From: Eledone cirrhosa
Taxonomy: Eukaryota
Length of the DNA stretch: 64,000 nucleotides
Assembly: GCA_964016885.1 (NCBI GenBank)
Contig: OZ024742.1
Coordinates: forward strand, 292,888,001 to 292,952,000
Reading direction: 5' to 3'
Of this stretch, positions 47,201-61,500 are shown in pieces. The notes under the pieces are model-generated. The model had not been told where the DNA came from. It saw only the letters and a list, made by a program, of their open reading frames with translations, and made no database searches. Position 1 is the first letter of the stretch. Each line of letters opens with the position of its first letter. The position numbers and the translations under genes were made by a program.

Positions 47201-50200
47201 AACACAACTATACTGAGTCAAGGTGATAGCTTAATAGATATATCTGGTCATAAACACAACTATACTGAGTCAAGGTGATAGCTTAATAGATATATCTAGT
47301 CATAAACACAACTATATTACTGAGTCAAGGTGATAGCTTAATAGATATATCTAGTCATAAACACAACTATATTACTGAGTCAAGGTGATAGCTTAATAGA
47401 TATATCTAGTAATAAACACAACTATACTGAGTCAAGGTGGTAGCTTAATAGATATATCTGGTCATAAACACAACTATATTACTGAGTCAAGGTGATAGCT
47501 TAATAGATATATCTAGTCATAAACACAACTATACTGAGTCAAGGTGATAGCTTAATAGATATATCTAGTCATAAACCAACTATATTACTGAGTCAAGGTG
47601 ATAGCTTAATAGATATATCTAGTCATAAACACAACTATATTACTGAGTCAAGGTGATAGCTTAATAGATATATCTGGTCATAAACACAACTATATTACTG
47701 AGTCAAGGTGATAGCTTAATAGATATATCTAGTCATAAACACAACTATACTGAGTCAAGGTGATAGCTTAATAGATATATCTGGTCATAAACACAACTAT
47801 ACTGAGTCAAGGTGATAGCTTAATAGATATATCTAGTCATAAACACAACTATATTACTGAGTCAAGGTGATAGCTTAATAGATATATCTAGTCATAAACA
47901 CAACTATATTACTCAGGCAAGGTGATAGCTTAATAGATATATCTAGTCATAAACACAACTATATTACTGAGTCAAGGTGATAGCTTAATAGATATATCTA
48001 GTCATAAACACAACTATATTACTGAGTCAAGGTGATAGCTTAATAGATATATGTAGTCATAAACACAACTATATTACTGAGTCAAGGTGATAGCTTAATA
48101 GATATATCTAGTCATAAACCAACTATATTACTGAGTCAAGGTGATAGCTTAATAGATATATCTAGTCATAAACACAACTATATTACTGAGTCAAGGTGAT
48201 AGCTTAATAGATATATCTAGTCATAAACACAACTATATTACTGAGTCAAGGTAATAGCTTAATAGATATATCTGGTCATAAACACAACTATACTGAGTCA
48301 AGGTGATAGCTTAATAGATATATCTAGTCATAAACACAACTATATTACTGAGTCAAGGTGATAGCTTAATAGATATATCTAGTCATAAACACAACTATAC
48401 TGTGTCAAGGTGATAGCTTAATAGATATATCTAGTCATAAACACAACTATACTGTGTCAAGGTGATAGCTTAATAGATATATCTAGTCATAAACACAACT
48501 ATATTACTGAGTTAAGGTGATAGCTTAATAGATATATCTGGTCATAAACACAACTATACTGAGTCAAGGTGATAGCTTAATAGATATATCTAGTCATAAA
48601 CACAACTATATAACTGAGTCAAGGTGATAGCTTAATAGATATATCTAGTCATAAACCCAACTATACTGAGTCAAGGTGATAGCTTAATAGATATATCTAG
48701 ACATAAACACAACTATATTACAGAGTCAAGGTGATAGCTTAATAGATATATCTAGTCATAAACACAACTATATTACTGAGTCAAGGTGATAGCTTAATAG
48801 ATATATGTAGTCATAAACACAACTATATTACTGATTCAAGGTGATAGCTTAATAGATATATCTAGTAATAAACACAACTATACTGAGTCAAGGTGGTAGC
48901 TTAATAGATATATCTGGTCATAAACACAACTATATTACTGAGTCAAGGTGATAGCTTAATAGATATATCTAGTCATAAACACAACTATACTGAGTCAAGG
49001 TGATAGCTTAATAGATATATCTAGTCATAAACCAACTATATTACTGAGTCAAGGTGATAGCTTAATAGATATATCTAGTCATAAACACAACTATATTACT
49101 GAGTCAAGGTGATAGCTTAATAGATATATCTGGTCATAAACACAACTATATTACTGAGTCAAGGTGATAGCTTAATAGATATATCTAGTCATAAACACAA
49201 CTATACTGAGTCAAGGTGATAGCTTAATAGATATATCTGGTCATAAACACAACTATACTGAGTCAAGGTGATAGCTTAATAGATATATCTAGTCATAAAC
49301 ACAACTATATTACTGAGTCAAGGTGATAGCTTAATAGATATATCTAGTCATAAACACAACTATATTACTGAGGCAAGGTGATAGCTTAATAGATATATCT
49401 AGTCATAAACACAACTATATTACTGAGTCAAGGTGATAGCTTAATAGATATATCTAGTCATAAACACAACTATATTACTGAGTCAAGGTGATAGCTTAAT
49501 AGATATATGTAGTCATAAACACAACTATATTACTGAGTCAAGGTGATAGCTTAATAGATATATCTAGTCATAAACCAACTATATTACTGAGTCAAGGTGA
49601 TAGCTTAATAGATAGATCTAGTCATAAACACAAATATATTACTGAGTCAAGGTGATAGCTTAATAGATATATCTAGTCATAAACACAACTATATTACTGA
49701 GTCAAGGTAATAGCTTAATAGATATATCTGGTCATAAACACAACTATACTGAGTCAAGGTGATAGCTTAATAGATATATCTAGTCATAAACACAACTATA
49801 TTACTGAGTCAAGGTGATAGCTTAATAGATATATCTAGTCATAAACACAACTATACTGTGTCAAGGTGATAGCTTAATAGATATATCTAGTCATAAACAC
49901 AACTATACTGTGTCAAGGTGATAGCTTAATAGATATATCTAGTCATAAACACAACTATATTACTGAGTTAAGGTGATAGCTTAATAGATATATCTGGTCA
50001 TAAACACAACTATACTGAGTCAAGGTGATAGCTTAATAGATATATCTAGTCATAAACACAACTATATAACTGAGTCAAGGTGATAGCTTAATAGATATAT
50101 CTAGTCATAAACCCAACTATACTGAGTCAAGGTGATAGCTTAATAGATATATCTAGTCATAAACACAACTATATTACAGAGTCAAGGTGATAGCTTAATA

Positions 50201-53200
50201 GATATATCTAGTCATAAACACAACTATATTACTGAGTCAAGGTGATAGCTTAATAGATATATGTAGTCATAAACACAACTATATTACTGAGTCAAGGTGA
50301 TAGCTTAATAGATATATCTAGTCATAAACCAACTATATTACTGAGTCAAGGTGATAGCTTAATAGATATATCTAGTCATAAACACAACTATATTACTGAG
50401 TAAAGGTGATAGCTTAATAGCTATATCTAGTCATAAACACAACTATACTGAGTCAAGGTGATAGCTTAATAGATATATCTGGTCATAAACACAACTATAC
50501 TGAGTCAAGGTGATAGCTTAATAGATATATCTAGTCATAAACACAACTATATTACTGAGTCAAGGTGATAGCTTAATAGATATATCTAGTCATAAACACA
50601 ACTATATTACTGAGTCAAGGTGATAGCTTAATAGATATATCTAGTAATAAACACAACTATACTGAGTCAAGGTGGTAGCTTAATAGATATATCTGGTCAT
50701 AAACACAACTATACTGAGTCAAGGTGATAGCTTAATAGATATATCTAGTCATAAACACAACTATACTGAGTCAAGGTGATAGCTTAATAGATATATCTAG
50801 TCATAAACCAACTATATTACTGAGTCAAGGTGATAGCTTAATAGATATATCTAGTCTTAAACACAACTATATTACTGAGTCAAGGTGATAGCTTAATAGA
50901 TATATCTAGTCATAAACACAACTATATTACTGAGTCAAGGTGATAGCTTAATAGATATATCTGGTCATAAACACAACTATATTACTGAGTCAAGGTGATA
51001 GCTTAATAGATATATCTAGTCATAAACACAACTATACTGAGTCAAGGTGATAGCTTAATAGATATATCTGGTCATAAACACAACTATACTGAGTCAAGGT
51101 GATAGCTTAATAGATATATCTAGTCATAAACACAACTATATTACTGAGGCAAGGTGATAGCTTAATAGATATATCTAGTCATAAACACAACTATATTACT
51201 GAGTCAAGGTGATAGCTTAATAGATATATCTAGTCATAAACACAACTATACTGAGTCAAGGTGATAGCTTAATAGATATATCTAGTCATAAACACAACTA
51301 TATTACTGAGTCAAGGTGATAGCTTAATAGATATATCTAGTCATAAACACAACTATACTGAGTCAAGGTGATAGCTTAATAGATATATCTGGTCATAAAC
51401 ACAACTATACTGAGTCAAGGTGATAGCTTAATAGATATATCTAGTCATAAACACAACTATATTACTGAGTCAAGGTGATAGCTTAATAGATATATCTAGT
51501 CATAAACACAACTATATTACTGAGTCAAGGTGATAGCTTAATAGATATATCTAGTAATAAACACAACTATACTGAGTCAAGGTGGTAGCTTAATAGATAT
51601 ATCTGGTCATAAACACAACTATATTACTGAGTCAAGGTGATAGCTTAATAGATATATCTAGTCATAAACACAACTATACTGAGTCAAGGTGATAGCTTAA
51701 TAGATATATCTAGTCATAAACCAACTATATTACTGAGTCAAGGTGATAGCTTAATAGATATATCTAGTCATAAACACAACTATATTACTGAGTCAAGGTG
51801 ATAGCTTAATAGATATATCTGGTCATAAACACAACTATATTACTGAGTCAAGGTGATAGCTTAATAGATATATCTAGTCATAAACACAACTATACTGAGT
51901 CAAGGTGATAGCTTAATAGATATATCTGGTCATAAACACAACTATACTGAGTCAAGGTGATAGCTTAATAGATATATCTAGTCATAAACACAACTATATT
52001 ACTGAGTCAAGGTGATAGCTTAATAGATATATCTAGTCATAAACACAACTATATTACTGAGGCAAGGTGATAGCTTAATAGATATATCTACTCATAAACA
52101 CAACTATATTACTGAGTCAAGGTGATAGCTTAATAGATATATCTAGTCATAAACACAACTATATTACTGAGTCAAGGTGATAGCTTAATAGATATATGTA
52201 GTCATAAACACAACTATATTACTGAGTCAAGGTGATAGCTTAATAGATATATCTAGTCATAAACCAACTATATTACTGAGTCAAGGTGATAGCTTAATAG
52301 ATAGATCTAGTCATAAACACAACTATATTACTGAGTCAAGGTGATAGCTTAATAGATATATCTAGTCATAAACACAACTATATTACTGAGTCAAGGTAAT
52401 AGCTTAATAGATATATCTGGTCATAAACACAACTATACTGAGTCAAGGTGATAGCTTAATAGATATATCTAGTCATAAACACAACTATATTACTGAGTCA
52501 AGGTGATAGCTTAATAGATATATCTAGTCATAAACACAACTATACTGTGTCAAGGTGATAGCTTAATAGATATATCTAGTCATAAACACAACTATACTGT
52601 GTCAAGGTGATAGCTTAATAGATATATCTAGTCATAAACACAACTATATTACTGAGTTAAGGTGATAGCTTAATAGATATATCTGGTCATAAACACAACT
52701 ATACTGAGTCAAGGTGATAGCTTAATAGATATATCTGGTCATAAACACAACTATATTACTGAGTCAAGGTGATAGCTTAATAGATATATCTAGTCATAAA
52801 CACAACTATACTGAGTCAAGGTGATAGCTTAATAGATATATCTAGTCATAAACCAACTATATTACTGAGTCAAGGTGATAGCTTAATAGATATATCTAGT
52901 CATAAACACAACTATATTACTGAGTCAAGGTGATAGCTTAATAGATATATCTGGTCATAAACACAACTATATTACTGAGTCAAGGTGATAGCTTAATAGA
53001 TATATCTAGTCATAAACACAACTATACTGAGTCAAGGTGATAGCTTAATAGATATATCTGGTCATAAACACAACTATACTGAGTCAAGGTGATAGCTTAA
53101 TAGATATATCTAGTCATAAACACAACTATATTACTGAGTCAAGGTGATAGCTTAATAGATATATCTAGTCATAAACACAACTATATTACTGAGGCAAGGT

Positions 53201-56200
53201 GATAGCTTAATAGATATATCTAGTCATAAACACAACTATATTACTGAGTCAAGGTGATAGCTTAATAGATATATCTAGTCATAAACACAACTATATTACT
53301 GAGTCAAGGTGATAGCTTAATAGATATATGTAGTCATAAACACAACTATATTACTGAGTCAAGGTGATAGCTTAATAGATATATCTAGTCATAAACCAAC
53401 TATATTACTGAGTCAAGGTGATAGCTTAATAGATAGATCTAGTCATAAACACAACTATATTACTGAGTCAAGGTGATAGCTTAATAGATATATCTAGTCA
53501 TAAACACAACTATATTACTGAGTCAAGGTGATAGCTTAATAGATATATCTAGTCATAAACACAACTATATTACTGAGGCAAGGTGATAGCTTAATAGATA
53601 TATCTAGTCATAAACACAACTATATTACTGAGTCAAGGTGATAGCTTAATAGATATATCTAGTCATAAACACAACTATATTACTGAGTCAAGGTGATAGC
53701 TTAATAGATATATGTAGTCATAAACACAACTATATTACTGAGTCAAGGTGATAGCTTAATAGATATATCTAGTCATAAACCAACTATATTACTGAGTCAA
53801 GGTGATAGCTTAATAGATAGATCTAGTCATAAACACAACTATATTACTGAGTCAAGGTGATAGCTTAATAGATATATCTAGTCATAAACACAACTATATT
53901 ACTGAGTCAAGGTGATAGCTTAATAGATATATCTAGTCATAAACACAACTATACTGTGTCAAGGTGATAGCTTAATAGATATATCTAGTCATAAACACAA
54001 CTATACTGTGTCAAGGTGATAGCTTAATAGATATATCTAGTCATAAACACAACTATATTACTGAGTTAAGGTGATAGCTTAATAGATATATCTGGTCATA
54101 AACACAACTATACTGAGTCAAGGTGATAGCTTAATAGATATATCTGGTCATAAACACAACTATATTACTGAGTCAAGGTGATAGCTTAATAGATATATCT
54201 AGTCATAAACACAACTATACTGAGTCAAGGTGATAGCTTAATAGATATATCTAGTCATAAACCAACTATATTACTGAGTCAAGGTGATAGCTTAATAGAT
54301 ATATCTAGTCATAAACACAACTATATTACTGAGTCAAGGTGATAGCTTAATAGATATATCTGGTCATAAACACAACTATATTACTGAGTCAAGGTGATAG
54401 CTTAATAGATATATCTAGTCATAAACACAACTATACTGAGTCAAGGTGATAGCTTAATAGATATATCTGGTCATAAACACAACTATACTGAGTCAAGGTG
54501 ATAGCTTAATAGATATATCTAGTCATAAACACAACTATATTACTGAGTCAAGGTGATAGCTTAATAGATATATCTAGTCATAAACACAACTATATTACTG
54601 AGGCAAGGTGATAGCTTAATAGATATATCTAGTCATAAACACAACTATATTACTGAGTCAAGGTGATAGCTTAATAGATATATCTAGTCATAAACACAAC
54701 TATATTACTGAGTCAAGGTGATAGCTTAATAGATATATGTAGTCATAAACACAACTATATTACTGAGTCAAGGTGATAGCTTAATAGATATATCTAGTCA
54801 TAAACCAACTATATTACTGAGTCAAGGTGATAGCTTAATAGATAGATCTAGTCATAAACACAACTATATTACTGAGTCAAGGTGATAGCTTAATAGATAT
54901 ATCTAGTCATAAACACAACTATATTACTGAGTCAAGGTAATAGCTTAATAGATATATCTGGTCATAAACACAACTATACTGAGTCAAGGTGATAGCTTAA
55001 TAGATATATCTAGTCATAAACACAACTATATTACTGAGTCAAGGTGATAGCTTAATAGATATATCTAGTCATAAACACAACTATACTGTGTCAAGGTGAT
55101 AGCTTAATAGATATATCTAGTCATAAACACAACTATACTGTGTCAAGGTGATAGCTTAATAGATATATCTAGTCATAAACACAACTATATTACTGAGTTA
55201 AGGTGATAGCTTAATAGATATATCTGGTCATAAACACAACTATACTGAGTCAAGGTGATAGCTTAATAGATATATCTAGTCATAAACACAACTATATAAC
55301 TGAGTCAAGGTGATAGCTTAATAGATATATCTAGTCATAAACCCAACTATACTGAGTCAAGGTGATAGCTTAATAGATATATCTAGTCATAAACACAACT
55401 ATATTACAGAGTCAAGGTGATAGCTTAATAGATATATCTAGTCATAAACACAACTATATTACTGAGTCAAGGTGATAGCTTAATAGATATATGTAGTCAT
55501 AAACACAACTATATTACTGAGTCAAGGTGATAGCTTAATAGATATATCTAGTCATAAACCAACTATATTACTGAGTCAAGGTGATAGCTTAATAGATATA
55601 TCTAGTCATAAACACAACTATATTACTGAGTAAAGGTGATAGCTTAATAGCTATATCTAGTCATAAACACAACTATACTGAGTCAAGGTGATAGCTTAAT
55701 AGATATATCTGGTCATAAACACAACTATACTGAGTCAAGGTGATAGCTTAATAGATATATCTAGTCATAAACACAACTATATTACTGAGTCAAGGTGATA
55801 GCTTAATAGATATATCTAGTCATAAACACAACTATATTACTGAGTCAAGGTGATAGCTTAATAGATATATCTAGTAATAAACACAACTATACTGAGTCAA
55901 GGTGGTAGCTTAATAGATATATCTGGTCATAAACACAACTATACTGAGTCAAGGTGATAGCTTAATAGATATATCTAGTCATAAACACAACTATACTGAG
56001 TCAAGGTGATAGCTTAATAGATATATCTAGTCATAAACCAACTATATTACTGAGTCAAGGTGATAGCTTAATAGATATATCTAGTCTTAAACACAACTAT
56101 ATTACTGAGTCAAGGTGATAGCTTAATAGATATATCTAGTCATAAACACAACTATATTACTGAGTCAAGGTGATAGCTTAATAGATATATCTGGTCATAA

Positions 56201-59200
56201 ACACAACTATATTACTGAGTCAAGGTGATAGCTTAATAGATATATCTAGTCATAAACACAACTATACTGAGTCAAGGTGATAGCTTAATAGATATATCTG
56301 GTCATAAACACAACTATACTGAGTCAAGGTGATAGCTTAATAGATATATCTAGTCATAAACACAACTATATTACTGAGGCAAGGTGATAGCTTAATAGAT
56401 ATATCTAGTCATAAACACAACTATATTACTTAGTCAAGGTGATAGCTTAATAGATATATCTAGTCATAAACACAACTATACTGAGTCAAGGTGATAGCTT
56501 AATAGATATATCTAGTCATAAACACAACTATATTACTGAGTCAAGGTGATAGCTTAATAGATATATCTAGTCATAAACACAACTATACTGTGTCAAGGTG
56601 ATAGCTTAATAGATATATCTAGTCATAAACACAACTATATTACTGAGTTAAGGTGATAGCTTAATAGATATATCTGGTCATAAACACAACTATACTGAGT
56701 CAAGGTGATAGCTTAATAGATATATCTGGTCATAAACACAACTATATTACTGAGTCAAGGTGATAGCTTAATAGATATATCTAGTCATAAACACAACTAT
56801 ACTGAGTCAAGGTGATAGCTTAATAGATATATCTAGTCATAAACCAACTATATTACTGAGTCAAGGTGATAGCTTAATAGATATATCTAGTCATAAACAC
56901 AACTATATTACTGAGTCAAGGTGATAGCTTAATAGATATATCTGGTCATAAACACAACTATATTACTGAGTCAAGGTGATAGCTTAATAGATATATCTAG
57001 TCATAAACACAACTATACTGAGTCAAGGTGATAGCTTAATAGATATATCTGGTCATAAACACAACTATACTGAGTCAAGGTGATAGCTTAATAGATATAT
57101 CTAGTCATAAACACAACTATATTACTGAGTCAAGGTGATAGCTTAATAGATATATCTAGTCATAAACACAACTATATTACTGAGGCAAGGTGATAGCTTA
57201 ATAGATATATCTAGTCATAAACACAACTATATTACTGAGTCAAGGTGATAGCTTAATAGATATATCTAGTCATAAACACAACTATATTACTGAGTCAAGG
57301 TGATAGCTTAATAGATATATGTAGTCATAAACACAACTATATTACTGAGTCAAGGTGATAGCTTAATAGATATATCTAGTCATAAACCAACTATATTACT
57401 GAGTCAAGGTGATAGCTTAATAGATAGATCTAGTCATAAACACAACTATATTACTGAGTCAAGGTGATAGCTTAATAGTTATATCTAGTCATAAACACAA
57501 CTATATTACTGAGTCAAGGTAATAGCTTAATAGATATATCTGGTCATAAACACAACTATACTGAGTCAAGGTGATAGCTTAATAGATATATCTAGTCATA
57601 AACACAACTATATTACTGAGTCAAGGTGATAGCTTAATAGATATATCTAGTCATAAACACAACTATACTGTGTCAAGGTGATAGCTTAATAGATATATCT
57701 AGTCATAAACACAACTATACTGTGTCAAGGTGATAGCTTAATAGATATATCTAGTCATAAACACAACTATATTACTGAGTTAAGGTGATAGCTTAATAGA
57801 TATATCTGGTCATAAACACAACTATACTGAGTCAAGGTGATAGCTTAATAGATATATCTAGTCATAAACACAACTATATAACTGAGTCAAGGTGATAGCT
57901 TAATAGATATATCTAGTCATAAACCCAACTATACTGAGTCAAGGTGATAGCTTAATAGATATATCTAGTCATAAACACAACTATATTACAGAGTCAAGGT
58001 GATAGCTTAATAGATATATCTAGTCATAAACACAACTATATTACTGAGTCAAGGTGATAGCTTAATAGATATATGTAGTCATAAACACAACTATATTACT
58101 GAGTCAAGGTGATAGCTTAATAGATATATCTAGTCATAAACCAACTATATTACTGAGTCAAGGTGATAGCTTAATAGATATATCTAGTCATAAACACAAC
58201 TATATTACTGAGTAAAGGTGATAGCTTAATAGCTATATCTAGTCATAAACACAACTATACTGAGTCAAGGTGATAGCTTAATAGATATATCTGGTCATAA
58301 ACACAACTATACTGAGTCAAGGTGATAGCTTAATAGATATATCTAGTCATAAACACAACTATATTACTGAGTCAAGGTGATAGCTTAATAGATATATTTA
58401 GTCATAAACACAACTATATTACTGAGTCAAGGTGATAGCTTAATAGATATATCTAGTAATAAACACAACTATACTGAGTCAAGGTGGTAGCTTAATAGAT
58501 ATATCTGGTCATAAACACAACTATACTGAGTCAAGGTGATAGCTTAATAGATATATCTAGTCATAAACACAACTATACTGAGTCAAGGTGATAGCTTAAT
58601 AGATATATCTAGTCATAAACCAACTATATTACTGAGTCAAGGTGATAGCTTAATAGATATATCTAGTCTTAAACACAATTATATTACTGAGTCAAGGTGA
58701 TAGCTTAATAGATATATCTAGTCATAAACACAACTATATTACTGAGTCAAGGTGATAGCTTAATAGATATATCTGGTCATAAACACAACTATATTACTGA
58801 GTCAAGGTGATAGCTTAATAGATATATCTAGTCATAAACACAACTATACTGAGTCAAGGTGATAGCTTAATAGATATATCTGGTCATAAACACAACTATA
58901 CTGAGTCAAGGTGATAGCTTAATAGATATATCTAGTCATAAACACAACTATATTACTGAGGCAAGGTGATAGCTTAATAGATATATCTAGTCATAAACAC
59001 AACTATATTACTGAGTCAAGGTGATAGCTTAATAGATATATCTAGTCATAAACACAACTATACTGAGTCAAGGTGATAGCTTAATAGATATATCTAGTCA
59101 TAAACACAACTATATTACTGAGTCAAGGTGATAGCTTAATAGATATATCTAGTCATAAACACAACTATACTGAGTCAAGGTGATAGCTTAATAGATATAT

Positions 59201-61500
59201 CTGGACATAAACACAACTATACTGAGTCAAGGTGATAGCTTAATAGATATATCTAGTCATAAACACAACTATATTACTGAGTCAAGGTGATAGCTTAATA
59301 GATATATCTAGTCATAAACACAACTATATTACTGAGTCAAGGTGATAGCTTAATAGATATATCTAGTAATAAACACAACTATACTGAGTCAAGGTGGTAG
59401 CTTAATAGATATATCTGGTCATAAACACAACTATATTACTGAGTCAAGGTGATAGCTTAATAGATATATCTAGTCATAAACACAACTATACTGAGTCAAG
59501 GTGATAGCTTAATAGATATATCTAGTCATAAACCAACTATATTACTGAGTCAAGGTGATAGCTTAATAGATATATCTAGTCATAAACACAACTATATTAC
59601 TGAGTCAAGGTGATAGCTTAATAGATATATCTGGTCATAAACACAACTATATTACTGAGTCAAGGTGATAGCTTAATAGATATATCTAGTCATAAACACA
59701 ACTATACTGAGTCAAGGTGATAGCTTAATAGATATATCTGGTCATAAACACAACTATACTGAGTCAAGGTGATAGCTTAATAGATATATCTAGTCATAAA
59801 CACAACTATATTACTGAGTCAAGGTGATAGCTTAATAGATATATCTAGTCATAAACACAACTATATTACTGAGGCAAGGTGATAGCTTAATAGATATATC
59901 TAGTCATAAACACAACTATATTACTGAGTCAAGGTGATAGCTTAATAGATATATCTAGTCATAAACACAACTATATTACTGAGTCAAGGTGATAGCTTAA
60001 TAGATATATGTAGTCATAAACACAACTATATTACTGAGTCAAGGTGATAGCTTAATAGATATATCTAGTCATAAACCAACTATATTACTGAGTCAAGGTG
60101 ATAGCTTAATAGATATATCTAGTCATAAACACAACTATATTACTGAGTCAAGGTGATAGCTTAATAGATATATCTAGTCATAAACACAACTATATTACTG
60201 AGTCAAGGTAATAGCTTAATAGATATATCTGGTCATAAACACAACTATACTGAGTCAAGGTGATAGCTTAATAGATATATCTAGTCATAAACACAACTAT
60301 ATTACTGAGTCAAGGTGATAGCTTAATAGATATATCTAGTCATAAACACAACTATACTGTGTCAAGGTGATAGCTTAATAGATATATCTAGTCATAAACA
60401 CAACTATACTGTGTCAAGGTGATAGCTTAATAGATATATCTAGTCATAAACACAACTATATTACTGAGTTAAGGTGATAGCTTAATAGATATATCTAGTC
60501 ATAAACACAACTATATTACTGAGTCAAGGTGATAGCTTAATAGATATATCTAGTCATAAACACAACTATATTACTGAGTCAAGGTGATAGCTTAATAGAT
60601 ATATCTGGTCATAAACACAACTATACTGAGTCAAGGTGATAGCTTAATAGATATATCTAGTCATAAACACAACTATATTACTGAGTCAAGGTGATAGCTT
60701 AATAGATATATGTAGTCATAAACACAACTATATTACTGAGTCAAGGTGATAGCTTAATAGATATATCTAGTCATAAACCAACTATATTACTGAGTCAAGG
60801 TGATAGCTTAATAGATATATCTAGTCATAAACACAACTATATTACTGAGTAAAGGTGATAGCTTAATAGCTATATCTAGTCATAAACACAACTATACTGA
60901 GTCAAGGTGATAGCTTAATAGATATATCTGGTCATAAACACAACTATACTGAGTCAAGGTGATAGCTTAATAGATATATCTAGTCATAAACACAACTATA
61001 TTACTGAGTCAAGGTGATAGCTTAATAGATATATCTAGTCATAAACACAACTATATTACTGAGTCAAGGTGATAGCTTAATAGATATATCTAGTAATAAA
61101 CACAACTATACTGAGTCAAGGTGGTAGCTTAATAGATATATCTGGTCATAAACACAACTATACTGAGTCAAGGTGATAGCTTAATAGATATATCTAGTCA
61201 TAAACACAACTATACTGAGTCAAGGTGATAGCTTAATAGATATATCTAGTCATAAACCAACTATATTACTGAGTCAAGGTGATAGCTTAATAGATATATC
61301 TAGTCTTAAACACAACTATATTACTGAGTCAAGGTGATAGCTTAATAGATATATCTAGTCATAAACACAACTATATTACTGAGTCAAGGTGATAGCTTAA
61401 TAGATATATCTGGTCATAAACACAACTATATTACTGAGTCAAGGTGATAGCTTAATAGATATATCTAGTCATAAACACAACTATACTGAGTCAAGGTGAT
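44300..61500. repeat. Sub-array with an about 2.6-2.7-kb (about 48-50-monomer) higher-order unit plus truncated copies
   Basis: ATAACT 45921/48610, GATAGATCT 49611/52300 and TACTGAGTTA 49961/52650 (+2689). GATAGATCT 54841/57423 and GCTATA 55650/58232 (+2582). GCTATA 58232/60869 (+2637). Boundaries approximate. Confidence 0.78.
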
